From Chloropicon primus (taxonomy: Eukaryota), in the NCBI GenBank assembly GCA_023205875.1, contig CP060772.1, positions 1-64,000 on the forward strand: 64,000 bases of DNA, read 5' to 3'. The position numbers and the translations under genes are program-made. Below the pieces are notes generated by a model that was not told where the DNA came from, ran no database searches, and was given only the letters and a program-made list of their open reading frames with translations. Numbering within the stretch: the first letter of the stretch is position 1; the number at the start of each line of letters is the position of its first letter. Shown piece by piece: positions 11,901 through 22,057 of this stretch.

Positions 11901-12772
11901 GAATGGAGGAGGCGGAGGAGAAGCTGCATGAGAAGGACCAGCTGGCTTGCGACCTTGAGGTGAAGCTCTCTACCCTGCAGGCCGAGCTTGCCACCTCCAA
12001 GCAGAAGCACAACGAGATCAAGGCCAAGGCCAGCCAAGTGAAGGCAGAGTTGATGGCCGAGAACACCGCGCTGAAGGACAAGGCCGAGGCCCTTGAGAGA
12101 AAGATAGTCAAGTTGGAGGTGATGAAGGGGGACCCTGAAGACATCAAGGACCAGAGGAAGATGTTGGCCACGCTTCAGAAGGAGTTGAGCCAGGCCGCGT
12201 CGGAGAGCCGGTACTGGAAGCAGCAGACCAAGGAGCTGACTGCGGCTCAGGTGAAGCACGGGAGCAGCGTGGAGAGGATCGCAAAGCTCGAGAGGGACAA
12301 AAAAGACCTGTCCGTGGCCTTGGAAAAGGCTGAGGAGAGATCGGATGAGTTGTCGCTCCAGGTGGCGAACCTGAACGCCCAAGTGTCCTCCACGAACAGC
12401 AAGATAGAGCAGTGCAAGCACGTGGACTTCACGAAGCTCGGGGAGGAGTGCAGCAAGCTCGAGTCCAAGCAGCTCGTTGTGATCGAGAGCCAGGGCGGAA
12501 TCGGCAGGATGATCGATTCCTTCCTGCAGAACCGCCGCCGCATGGCCAAGCTCCAGGCCGTGTACAACGACATGAAATCCAAGGTCGGGAAGCTTGAGGG
12601 TGGGGAGGACGTCTTTGGCAGGCTCAAGAGCGTGAGCGAGTTAGAGTACGACCTGCACTACATGGCGAACAAGAAGAAAAGCTTTGAGTCCAAGTACAAC
12701 GATCTCAAGAAGCAAATCATGGAGACGAAGAGGCCGGCCTCAATCGTTGGGAAGGAGAACTTGTGCGCGTAG
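8999..12772 (+). CDS. Kinesin-7 / CENP-E-like motor with a long coiled-coil stalk
   Basis: Motor motifs are ISVCVRVRP, GTIFAYGQTSSGKT (P-loop), NSSRSH, LVDLAGSE and HIPYRDSKLTRILQ. The neck VNEVLNDDALLKRQQKEIERLR is typical of CENP-E. About 800 aa of coiled coil follow. Confidence 0.9.
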   Translation: MAENISVCVRVRPLNDKEKEHGLGWKVDHAGTNISEVAVADHNQSSSSLSSSSCSALGGAAQGSDVVSLAGGEHKYAFDRIYDETWGTKHIYEDVCVPVVDSVVEGFNGTIFAYGQTSSGKTYTMRGSATWESGSAKPAPSATGEENQQSEGGEELGILPLAVRGIFKRIQAASGREFLLRISYMEIYNEDIIDLLAQCNGKDAKTTGQADRRRLLVKERANGGGPYVCGLREEIVRSEDEVAAWLKKGDIHRHVGETKMNRNSSRSHTLFQMVIESRASAGADGSSEDDDAILVSKLTLVDLAGSERLSKTCAEGKRAKEGAYINKSLLTLGTVINKLSEGQHKHIPYRDSKLTRILQTALGGNSKTAMITNITPSVFHMDETHSTLRFATRTKSVKNAAVVNEVLNDDALLKRQQKEIERLRDRLKEKNNGVDIEATEAAIKDMKDHLIEVKEQNKSIEEMLVQERNEKDVMRTDLQHKSRKLENLTTFILNEADANSLGSGRSRRSKRDRMSWCPSSMHHPATSLPAVEEEAAQEATRRASDDLQITLRKSGVEEEREATSEVKLLQEALVKLRKDVTQSRQEVASRDEMLREISLRAESLQSSLGESQTNAARLEQDLSDTRSEFESYKTDAESLLDSVKQAKEETVRELQEYKETATQNIDAVKMEVTAMGESLEKGQEMLSEERKALGLMREAREEAEESLRAKQDAIEDLEGQLKEAIGAAKAGAEKVAALEGSHKELNETLAEMESSKSNLEACLKEREVKEVDLGEQLAALAEDNAFKEGEIQRLKLEIEGLVSEQEERDALVKKLENDKLDSVGLLREMDVLKSDLQKSVKEQEDARACAKDLEAKIAAGASEAQDLRSRAADMAAELETARKELTKEESLREAYEEKSSKLEGLLNESEVRLTSEQSESKKMEGRLRSLTERLNSAVGSQSKLSEDLRVSREDKIAASRRERKMEERMEEAEEKLHEKDQLACDLEVKLSTLQAELATSKQKHNEIKAKASQVKAELMAENTALKDKAEALERKIVKLEVMKGDPEDIKDQRKMLATLQKELSQAASESRYWKQQTKELTAAQVKHGSSVERIAKLERDKKDLSVALEKAEERSDELSLQVANLNAQVSSTNSKIEQCKHVDFTKLGEECSKLESKQLVVIESQGGIGRMIDSFLQNRRRMAKLQAVYNDMKSKVGKLEGGEDVFGRLKSVSELEYDLHYMANKKKSFESKYNDLKKQIMETKRPASIVGKENLCA

Positions 12773-12930
12773 TTGTAAGCAAGTGCCCGCGCCGCGTCAG
12801 TTCTTTTGTGGTGGGCTACTTTCCTTGTATACCATTATTACCCTGAATGTAGAAAAGTACTGTTCGATTGATTGATTTACTATCGTAGTGGTACAAAGTA
12901 TCGGTCGGTGTGTCGCGTCTCCAGGATCCC

Positions 12931-13008
12931 TCAGGGGTTCCAAAGGCAAGGCGGATCCTCGCTCCTCAGCCATTCCAGAACATCAAGGTGACCTCCTGCA
13001 GCAGCTCC
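12931..13008 (-). pseudogene. Isolated ankyrin-repeat relic (GAAAGGHLDVLEWLRSEDPPCLWNP*)
   Basis: Manual translation of the minus strand. The DNA is similar to 34465-34620. Confidence 0.7.
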
Positions 13009-13057
13009 TTTCGACCTTGGCTCCTCTCCATCATCAGTTACGAGCTTCCCACTGTGC

Positions 13058-13306
13058 TCATACCTTTGGCGGACTAAAAGCCTGCTGCTCGCCCTGCTCC
13101 TTCTTCCTGGTGCTCAGCAAATACTCTCCCAGCCACTTGACGGTCTCAATTTTTTTCCAGTCGTCCGGGAGGTAACCGTTCTCCCAGTCCACGCCCTCCA
13201 GGACTCTCTTCCTCTCCTTGACTATATCGTACATAAGCTTCTCCATTCCTTCCGCCACGACAGGAACCACCGTCTCCTGCAGGTACTTCCTGTGCTCCCC
13301 CTCCAT
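13058..13306 (-). CDS. Small Dpy-30/RIIa-like dimerisation-domain protein (82 aa from MEGEHRKY)
   Basis: RKYLQETVVPVVAEGMEKL...KWLGEYLL matches the Dpy-30 pattern (YL..TVVP.L..G...L / WL..YLL) with an internal insertion. The 3' end could be spliced, since GTATGA coincides with the stop. Confidence 0.55.
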   Translation of the reverse strand: MEGEHRKYLQETVVPVVAEGMEKLMYDIVKERKRVLEGVDWENGYLPDDWKKIETVKWLGEYLLSTRKKEQGEQQAFSPPKV

Positions 13307-13710
13307 CTCTCTGCCTACCTCTGTCTCTCTCACTGTGTGTGTCTCTGTCTCTCTCTTGGGATAACTGTCCCTTCCGAGGCCCTGGTCTCTCACGCAGAGG
13401 TCCAAAGGGTGGAGCCTCTCACTCGCTTGTTCCCCGAACGGAACGCTTCCCTTGTGGAGCCCACTCCTTTCCTCCTCACTCCCAAGTCAAACGGAGGAGA
13501 CGCAAGGCAAGGCAAGGCAAGGCAAGGCAAGGCAAGGTGTTGTCTTGGTACGGGACAAGAAGAGGGAAGGACGGTATCTTGGCCCTCGTCGTGTCGATGG
13601 ATGCGTCCCGCAAAGGAAACGAAACCAAACAGGAAACCCAAGGCTCTCTTGCCTTGAACTCCACTGCTGAAGTCGCAGCTCCTCCAACGGGTTCGGGGTC
13701 CTCCTCCTTC

Positions 13711-13811
13711 ATTCTGGATAAGAATAACAATATTGTAAACAATTTTGGATAAGAGTTATACTATTGCAAACAATTCTGGATAAGAGTTACAATATTGCAA
13801 ACAATTCTGGA
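13711..13811. repeat. AT-rich 31-bp minisatellite, ~3.3 copies
   Basis: ATTCTGGATAAGAGTTACAATATTGCAAACA-like units start at 13711, 13742, 13773 and 13804. Confidence 0.9.
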
Positions 13812-14215
13812 GTGAAGATCCTTTTCCTTAAAACCCAAACCAGGGTAAGGTTTAGGGTTCCTTCCTTGTTCTTCGTTTTGTTGTCCTGAAGGACATTCCT
13901 TCGTTGTCCTTGGGTTGGCATTCCTCTATCCTGTGCCAAGGGGACAGGCCCCTCCTCTCCCTCCCTTCCCTTCCCTTCCCTTCCCTTCCCTCGCACTCCA
14001 GTCCAGTCCACTCCACTCCGAGACCGAGAGAGAAGCTTGAGCTTGAGCTTCATCCTCCATCGTTGTCGGCGTGGTATGGTGCAACGACCGCGGAACACGA
14101 AAGCATCCGATTGATTGAAGAGCACACGCGAAGCGAACGACCTCGTACTCGTACTCGGTGGTTCGGTCTAGGCTCTGACGGTCTGGACGGGAGGAGAAAC
14201 GGAAAGTGGCAAGGT

Positions 14216-15589
14216 ATGGCAAGGTATTGTGCCAAGGGGGTGAAAGGGGGAAGCTTTGGGGTCTTGGCCCTCGCCCTTGTCCTGTGCTTCGTCACGCAAC
14301 ATCATGTCGAGGGAGGGAGGGACTTGAGGTGGGACACATCGGCAGCTTCGGCTTGGGACCAACAAACAAACCAGAACGAGATCCAGCTTCCGAAACTGAT
14401 TGGCACGGATGTCCGTTGCCGGGATCCTATCACTGGTTTGGATGATGTCTGCATCGGACTGGATTACTTGCCGAGTTTCGAGGACTCTGACCTTGGACTC
14501 GTGTCGTATGGCATCAACTACACCGGGGTCGTCCAGATGGCAGGCTTGAGTGCTTACGATAAGGAGAGGCACGTGTTGGTGCTGTATGGAGCCGCGGAGA
14601 AAACCAAGCAGACCAGAGTGCTCTCGCTTGATGCCAGAACATCGGAGGAGGTCAATGCCGATGTCCCTGTTCCCGTCACAAGCTTTGGTTTCATCGGCAT
14701 TGGCATCAGACTGGGACGCGACTCGGTTGGGAAGCGTACAATCGTAGTGGGTCCGAACACGTCGCCGCAGGAGAGCGTCTTGTCTCACGGTTTCTACGAA
14801 GTTTTAGACGACTCGAGGGAGGCTAGGTCCCTGGGGTACAACCTGGAGGATGCCGTGCCCAGAGGGTTCTTCGAGCTGGGTTACCTTGAGGTGATGGGGA
14901 CGCAGCTGGGGGTCTACGAGGAGGAGAGGGGCGTGTTTTGGTTGGGCCTCGCTAGGAATTCTACGGCAACCAAGTCGGTGGAGTTTCTCTTGGTCGGCAT
15001 AGACGTGGACCACGGCACTACGGCAAATGCTCTGACGTTCCCGTTCGGAGACTGCGAGGTCCTTGGGCCGATGGTGTGGCAGGAGGAGACCAAGAGGATC
15101 CTGATGCCGACGTTCAAGACGGGGACCAGGGACATTATAATTGGGTCCATTGATCCGATGGAAGGAACCTGCACACAGGTTACGGCCCTGCCACTCGCCC
15201 TGCTGCCTTATGCCGGCTTCATGACCTTCCCACCCAACCAGACGGAGCCTACGGTCACCTTGCTCGTGAACGCGGACGCTGACGAGGAAGATGAGTTGCT
15301 CCTCGCTTCCTCTTTGCACCACCCCGACGATGGCGACGTTCTCTCCCTGCCTCAGGGCGTCGTGGCGGGTTCACTGCAGCACCCAAGCTTTCTCGCGAGC
15401 TTGAGACCGATGTCCGCCGAGGGGGAGGACTTGGGCGTGTGGAGGGGAGAGCCAAGCAAGGCCACCAAGGCGCAGAAGCTCGTGAACTTTGATCTTGCCA
15501 CCGGGGAGGTCACGAGCGAGTCGCAAGTCATTTGCTCCTCGGGCTCTCAAGTCGATCCCTGCCCTGGTCAATTGCATTGGGCAATCTGA
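14216..15589 (+). CDS. Predicted secreted protein of unknown function (457 aa, beta-rich)
   Basis: The ATG at 14216 precedes a signal-like segment (FGVLALALVLCFV). The ORF is long and open with coding-like codon use, while the upstream part of the ORF-track call is microsatellite-derived. Confidence 0.7.
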   Translation: MARYCAKGVKGGSFGVLALALVLCFVTQHHVEGGRDLRWDTSAASAWDQQTNQNEIQLPKLIGTDVRCRDPITGLDDVCIGLDYLPSFEDSDLGLVSYGINYTGVVQMAGLSAYDKERHVLVLYGAAEKTKQTRVLSLDARTSEEVNADVPVPVTSFGFIGIGIRLGRDSVGKRTIVVGPNTSPQESVLSHGFYEVLDDSREARSLGYNLEDAVPRGFFELGYLEVMGTQLGVYEEERGVFWLGLARNSTATKSVEFLLVGIDVDHGTTANALTFPFGDCEVLGPMVWQEETKRILMPTFKTGTRDIIIGSIDPMEGTCTQVTALPLALLPYAGFMTFPPNQTEPTVTLLVNADADEEDELLLASSLHHPDDGDVLSLPQGVVAGSLQHPSFLASLRPMSAEGEDLGVWRGEPSKATKAQKLVNFDLATGEVTSESQVICSSGSQVDPCPGQLHWAI

Positions 15590-15626
15590 TGCAACAAGTA
15601 TGATCAGCGGATGTAGATATAGATTC

Positions 15627-15907
15627 GAAGACTCTTTGGAAAGGGCAAGAGATCAGGAGAGCAAGAGAGCAAGAGAGATTGGACCATGGATTCGATCCAC
15701 CCCCGCCCCCTCCTTAAATCCATCCATCCATCGATCCCATCATCATCATCATCATCGCCATCATAATCCTCTTTCCCCTCCTCATTCTCATCAAGTGAAG
15801 ACTCTTCGGAAAGGGCAAGAGATCAGGAGAGCAAGACAGCAAGAGAGATTGGACCATGGATTCGATCCACCCCCGCCCCCTCCTTAAATCCATCCATCCA
15901 TCGATCC

Positions 15908-15944
<37 letters not shown>

Positions 15945-16095
15945 GCCATCATAATCCTCTTTCCCCTCCTCATTCTCATCAAGTGAAGACTCTTCGGAAA
16001 GGGCAAGAGATCAGGAGAGCAAGACAGCAAGAGAGATTGGACCATGGATTCGATCCACCCCCGCCCCCTCCTTAAATCCATCCATCCATCGATCC

Positions 16096-16132
<37 letters not shown>

Positions 16133-16258
16133 GCCATCATAATCCTCTTTCCCCTCCTCATTCTCATCAAGTGAAGGCTCTTCGGAAAGGGCAAGAGAGC
16201 AAGAGAGCAAGAGAGCAAGAGAGATTGGACCATGGATTCGATCCACCCCCGCCCCTCC
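15627..16258. repeat. Tandem repeat of 170/188/188 bp plus a partial fourth unit, each full unit with a (CAT)n tract
   Basis: Units start at 15627, 15797, 15985 and 16173. (CAT)6 versus (CAT)12 accounts for the 18-bp length difference. Confidence 0.95.
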
Positions 16259-16465
16259 CTTCCTCTCTCCCTCTCCTTCCTCCTCTCCCTCCGGTGCAAT
16301 GCCGCCCAATGGACTTTTTTCGACATCTTCAATGTTGTGGAGGGTTTTCGAGGGTTTCAGTTTTTGCGAAGGAGGCGAGCCGAGAGCGAGAGGCAACCCC
16401 TGACACGAGGACCAGCAACCCAACGTAGAGGCAGTGACCTTCACTTGACTTGACTTGATTTCAAC

Positions 16466-17062
16466 ATGGCGGCACCCAACATGTTTGCAGCGGCAGGGCC
16501 CGCAGTGGAACTCTCCCTCGACCAGGCGAAAGGTAAGCACAAAACACAAAGCCCTCACAAGCTCATGGTCATGCTCAAGGTTTCACCATCGTCTTGCACA
16601 GAATTCGTCATCACGCGTTGAAAGAGTTTGCTCTGACACTTGCTTGCTTTTGTCCCTCCCTCTCCCCCCTCTCTCACTCTCTCTGCGCTTTTCTTCGCGA
16701 AACGAATGATATGATATTGATAATTGATCGTGATAGCTGCGGTGACGAAGATGACGGACCTTTTGGAGGCACCAGAGAACGTGGCGCTCCTTGACAAGGC
16801 GAAGGCGACCGCAGGGGAGGACGTGATGCAGTACATGATGGTTGTCCTCCCCACCGCTTGTCAGATCTTGGCACCGTGTCTTGCGGAGTTTGGTTTCTCG
16901 CCCGACCAGGCTGGAGCCATGGGATTGTTGCAGGCCTTGGAGAAGCACAAGACCGACCCTGAGATCGAGGCGAAGGGCAGGAGCCTCAAGTCCAAGTTCA
17001 TCCCGGAAAACTTGGCCCCAATGCTTCAGTCTATGATGGGCATGGGAGCGCCAGGAATGTAG
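16466..17062 (+). CDS. Protein C10 (C12orf57/GRCC10 family); exons 16466-16532 and 16737-17062
   Basis: The spliced product MAAPNMFAAAGPAVELSLDQAKAAVTKMTDLLEAPENVALLDKAK...VLPTACQI...FGFSPDQAG...DPEIEAKGRSLKSKFIP parallels human C12orf57 (LSAEQAK, APEN, VLPVATQI, YGFS, DPEI). The GTAAGC...TAG intron preserves the frame. Confidence 0.8.
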
Positions 17063-17354
17063 AGGCAGAGTTGTATTTAACTGAACAAACAGATAGATGG
17101 ATGGGTCGGTCGGTCGCGAAGAGACTCTGTCTCTGTCTTGATCGATGGACGCCCGCGAGGGAAAGAGTCTAGAGAAAGACCTGCACAATGATTGAAAGCT
17201 TGTAATTCACAACTCTCACAACTTGTCGCGTGGATTGGATTCGCTGTGCCTCAAGCAAGTACGCACGGCGGAGGCGAGGAGGCGTAACACCGTGTTACGC
17301 TGTGTGTGTTGAGGAATAGGGTTACTTTATTTTATTTGCGTTCGTCTCATTGAT

Positions 17355-18928
17355 TCACCTCAAGAAGAATTGCTGGATGTAGGCCAGAGGTTGCTGAAGC
17401 TGAGGCACGAAGCGGATGAGGTACGGTTGCACGAACCTCGCGTCGATGTGACCCCAGACCATTCGGTGGTACTGTCAAGCCAAAAGAAACAAGATTGAGA
17501 AGAAGAAGAGGTGTCAGATCCTTGTGGTTTCCAAGCAGCCGGGGCAGGGAAGTCAGTAGTACTCACGTAGCTTGATTCTGGACTCTTGTATCTCATCTTC
17601 AACGTGTTGAAGATCATGAAAACGAGCATGATGGATCTCATTCGGGTGAAGAGCCTCACCACGACCGAGAAGAAGAGTCCAATCTCCATGGCGGCGTTGA
17701 ACACCAAAGCCTCCTTCTGCGCATTCCTGAGCGCATCAAACACTTTGTGCAAAAGTTTCTTCCACACGAAAGTCTTGGTTATCGCGGGACTGCTCGCCAT
17801 GTAGGTTATGGCGTGATACAGAGCAAGGCAAGTGAACGGCGCAAGCGCGATCTGTTCCCATCCGGCAAGGACAAAGGACAAAGAAACAGATGAAGAGGTG
17901 TCCAGATGTAACGTAACGTCAGCACACCGTTCGAGTTACCCCATGAGACGCGGCGTCTCGCAACAACGCATCGTATCGTATCGTATCAACCTCTGCTTAC
18001 CGTGAACGGGGGGTGGGAAGAGACAGCCATGGCCACGAACATGTAATGAAAGTCCGTGGACAGTTGCACGGGTGTGAACCAATTCTTCATCCTCTCGAAA
18101 AACATCGCAAGCGCCTCTTTCGAGAAGCCTATGCCAGAGACCGGAGGGAAGCCGTTCCGCGCGTGAAGCTTCACCACGCTCGTGGCGACGACGCTCTGCA
18201 GACACAACCGGTAAAACCTGTAACTGGCTTGGAAGCCAAACAGTGGCAGGATGTATGCAATGGAGCATAGAATCGTCGCAAGGTGTCCAAGAAACAGAAA
18301 CAATGGCTTTGCATTCCCTGAACCAAAGAACTTGGACAAGCTGGAAGAAAACCTGCAACAACAGGCAGAGAGGAGGAACAACAAGTGTCAGTCCACAACG
18401 ACAAGAAGAAGAAGAACAAGAAGAAGGACGGGATGAGATGGATGGACACCATTCTAAAGCATCATCACGAGTATCGACTCGACACAAAGACACACCACAG
18501 CTTCCTTCCTTCCACAACACTCGTCCTAGTCTCCAACACAAAACACACAACTCTCTCTCTCTCATTCTCTCATTCTCATTCTCATTCTCTCTCTGCCTCA
18601 CTCTCTCTCTCTCTCTCTGCCTCTCCATGGAGCGAGTGCGTGATCATGGCTTCGGCATCAAGCGACGCCGTCCACCATCCCATCCAACTCACTCTCCTTC
18701 CCTCCTTCCCTCGATCCACCTGGATCCCTGGATCCCTGGACTCGATCTCTTCGTCGTTCGTTCGTTCGTTTTGTTTGTTTGTTTGTTTGTTTGCTTTTTT
18801 TTTTCTTACGTTTTGTTTTGTTGCGTCTTGGAAGGTGTATCCTTCTCGTTCTCGTTCTCATTGTCGTTCTTGTTCGAGGAGGAGGCGGCCTCCTCTCTCT
18901 CTCTCTCTCTCTTCTCCTTCAACGCCAT
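17355..18928 (-). CDS. TMEM33/Pom33-family ER membrane protein; exons 18810-18928, 18001-18352, 17567-17851, 17355-17471
   Basis: Three GT-AG introns give one frame: MALKEK...QNKT-FSSSLSK...STDFHYMFVA...IALAPFTCLALYHAITY...AAMEIGLF...TLKMRYKSPESSYYHRMVW. The multi-TM pattern and LKMRY motif fit TMEM33. The first exon is the least certain. Confidence 0.65.
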
Positions 18929-19515
18929 CGCTCTCTCTCTCTCTGCTCTGCTCTGCTCTGCTCTCCTCAGGGAAACACACAACAACACGACACGAACGAC
19001 GAACAAAGGTGGGAAGGAACGAACACGGGGAGGGAATAAAGAGCTTCCTCGTCTTCTGGGCTTTCGAGTGAGCCCTTGATGGAGAAAGATGACGCTCTGG
19101 TGAACATGGTGGAGACTAAAACGAATGGATTCTACTCTGTCTTGCTTCTGTGATTGCCAGTGATACAGGGGAGTGAGGGACGGGATAAGGTGAGGCGGGG
19201 GTGAAGGGAGGCATGGATGGAAGAATTGTGTTCTGGTCTTTCGAATAAGCTCTTGCTTGATTGGTTTGACTCAAGGGAGGCTCCGTTATTGGATTGATTC
19301 GAGGAGGGAAGCGAGGCTTGGAAGGAGTGAGGCCATGGAGAGGAGTGCTTGTGTCCTGAGGCGGGAAGAGGGGAGGAATTGAGGGGGTTGGGAATGAAAG
19401 GAAGACGATTGGGAACTGTCCAGGCCATTCCTCCCATTGTTTGAGAACTTTGACGGAAAGAGATGGGAGCTTGAGGTCTTCAGAGTAGTGGTTGGTAGGA
19501 ACCTCAGGCCGAGCA

Positions 19516-20741
19516 ATGCTTCGAAGGGGACAGCTTGATACGCAGTGAGTAGTCCCTTGATTCGTGTGAACACGATTTGGAGTTGTCCTGACTTGTTTCG
19601 CTTTCGCAGGTACCCCTCTCTCGGCGGAGGAAGCCGAAGGGACTGGAGAGTCGGGCCCGGGCGGTCGAAGAAGAAGAGAAGAAGAGGAGACCTTGGTGGA
19701 AGATTCCTCAACTTTTTGTCCACCTCAACGCCAACAAGCCTCGCTGCATTAGCGCTCCTCCTCCTCTTCACCGCCTTCACTCTCTTTGCGTACGTTTACC
19801 TGAGCGGGAACACTGCAGAGGAGAGCCGAACGCAGACCGAGGAGAGCGATGATGGTGGCGGTGGCTTCCCTTACGAGCCAAGCGAGCTGTTTTGCGAAAG
19901 GAGGTCCCTGCCTTTGGTCTGCGCACACGGAGGTGACTCCGCCAATGCAACGCCAAACACTGAGTTTGCCTTCTATGCGGCACTGAAGGGGGGGATAAAG
20001 TGCGCCGAGGTCGACGTCGCGGCGAGCAAGGATGGTGAGCTTTTCGTGCTCCATCGCAGGGAACTGGAGGTGCTCTTGTCGCAGGAAGGCCTGGAGCCCG
20101 CGGTGCTGAGAGATCGGCCGGCAAAGGTGGAGGAGTTCACCTCCAAGGAGATCGCAGCCATGCGATTCAAGGGAGGCGAAAGAGTTCTCAAGGCCAGGGA
20201 CATCGTGAACGTCCTTCGATCCGACGAGAGGATGGAGACGATTATTCTGGACGTCAAGACTCACCCCATGGACGGGGCTTCGGCGGGGGAGAACGCGGAG
20301 GAGATGGTGGACCTGGTGGTGAGACTGCTGGAGGAGACGGGGTGCCACAAGGACAAGTGCATTGTTTGGGCCAAGAGCGACGCTGTGATTGATGGCGTGT
20401 ACGATCGGCTGCCCCAACTGAGCCTCGGCATGACGGTGATGAACGAGACTCAGGAGAACAGGGACCAAGGGATGGACCAACCCGATCGGCTAGAGAAGAC
20501 CTCTTCTCCCCGGAACCTCGCAGTCCACTGGGAGACGGCCGGGAAGCCAGGCTTTGTGCAGGGGGCGCAGAAAAACTTGGGGAAAACCGTCTTCGGCTGG
20601 ACGGCGAACAACGATGCCATCACAAAAGTTTTGCTTGACAGCGCGGTGGACGGCATCGTGACCAACTTCCCGAAGAAGGTTCAACACCAGGCCGTATCGG
20701 CGGCCGACAAGTGCAAGAAGAACAAAGGTGAATTAAAATAA
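19516..20741 (+). CDS. Glycerophosphodiester phosphodiesterase (plant GDPD4-like), N-terminally membrane-anchored; exons 19516-19544 and 19610-20741
   Basis: Motifs are PLVCAHGGD, AEVDVAASKDGELFVLH, ILDVK, VFGWT and VDGIVTNFP, with a TM segment LAALALLLLFTAFTLFAYVYL. The GTGAGT...CAG intron keeps the frame. Confidence 0.85.
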
Positions 20742-20983
20742 TAATCAGATGAAAACAATAAGCTATTGAAGCCACCTCAAGCCTTTCCATTGCATTGCCC
20801 CTCCTCCTCCTCTCCCCTCAACCATTGTCCCTCCCTCCCTCGGGAGGAGGAGGAGGAAGAGGAAGAGGAGATCCATTAGTGATGGTGGTGGATGGATAAG
20901 CCTTTCCATTGCATTCCACTGCCCCTCCTCCTCTCTCCTCCTCTCTCCTGGGAAGCCACCTGGCAGAGGAGGAAGAGGAGGCG

Positions 20984-21736
20984 ATGGCGATGGCGATGGC
21001 GAGGCATGGATTGGTGGAGGAGGCGAAGAGGGAGTGGAGTGGGGGTCATGGGGGCAAAGAGGCGAGCACGAGCTTCAGAAAGTTCCTGGTCAACACCTTC
21101 GGCATCGACTTGCTCTGTTCGGGGGAAGGCGTCCTCGACGTGGCCGGAGGGAGAGGACAACTCAGCTTCGAACTCATCAACAGAGTGATGCCTCCTTCTC
21201 CTTCTCCTTCTCCTTGGCGTGAGGGTGACGGTGGTTGGGATGGCGAGGGGGAGGAGAGTCGAGGCAGGAGGGTGAAGTCGACAGTGGTCGACGCCAGGAC
21301 GACGGAGTCCCTGAACTACAAGAGAATCGTCAACCAGCACATCAGGCTCGCCATCAAGAGGAGGATGCACTTGGACCACCAGAGGCAGAGGGAGGCCAAG
21401 GGGGACCAAGGGGAGGGGAAAGGGCAATGCAAGGAGGAGGTCGAGACGACCGTGAGTCGTGTGGACCCTTCTGAGATCAAGTATGTGCTTCCGGACCATA
21501 TTGTGGAGTATTTCGAGCCGAAACTGTGGAGGAGGGCTATGGGATCGGCGGCCGAGGGAGGTTGCGAGTGCTCCTGCAGCGGCGTGGAAGGTGGACCCAG
21601 GGAGGAGTTGAGGGAGAAGGAGGCCCGAGATGCAAAGCTGAGGGAGTCTTGGAGCAAGTCTGTGTATTCTTCTGGGGCTTCGGGCGTGGGTTGGGGCGAT
21701 GATCAGGGAATCTGCAACGACGACCTTGACGAGTGA
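20984..21736 (+). pseudogene. 3'-truncated, frameshifted copy of the methyltransferase-like/AP2 gene
   Basis: It matches the N-terminus of 23919-25553, then shows substitutions, a +1 frameshift near 21691 and a stop. It lacks the AP2 domain and the C-terminal half. Confidence 0.85.
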
Positions 21737-21767
21737 GACGCAGGCTTCGGCTTTGGGGTTGAAGAGG

Positions 21768-21847
21768 GAGGGGGAGGAGAGTCGACGCAGGAGGGTGAAG
21801 TCGACAGTGGTCGACGCCAGGACGACGGAGTCCCTGAACTACAAGAG
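21768..21847 (+). repeat. Third, 80-bp fragment of the same gene (matches 21245-21324)
   Basis: GAGGGGGAGGAGAGTCGA...CTGAACTACAAGAG is repeated with one visible mismatch. Confidence 0.9.
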
Positions 21848-22057
21848 GATTCGGAATCTGTAGCAGATAAGATCTCTGTGGGGCGCCACAGCGCCCCACA
21901 GATTTCCTCCCGGCTCCAAATAGCTGAGCTGATTTGTGTGGGGCGTTACAAGAATTCGGTTGGCTGGCCGCCGTTTCGTAGTTGGGACAGGGCGCAGAGT
22001 GACGAAGGTGCGACGATGCACCGACAGGATCGGAGAGCACTTATGCTCATTACCACC

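Noticed and set aside
15627..16258. CRISPR-like array or poly-Met/poly-His ORFs
   Set aside because: Whole units repeat with no unique spacers, the context is eukaryotic and there are no cas genes. The ORFs arise from the (CAT)n tracts.
18619..18628. GC-AG micro-exon (ATGGAGAG|GC) as the TMEM33 start
   Set aside because: A canonical GTAAG donor at 18809 with an upstream in-frame ATG at 18928 explains the gene without a non-canonical site.
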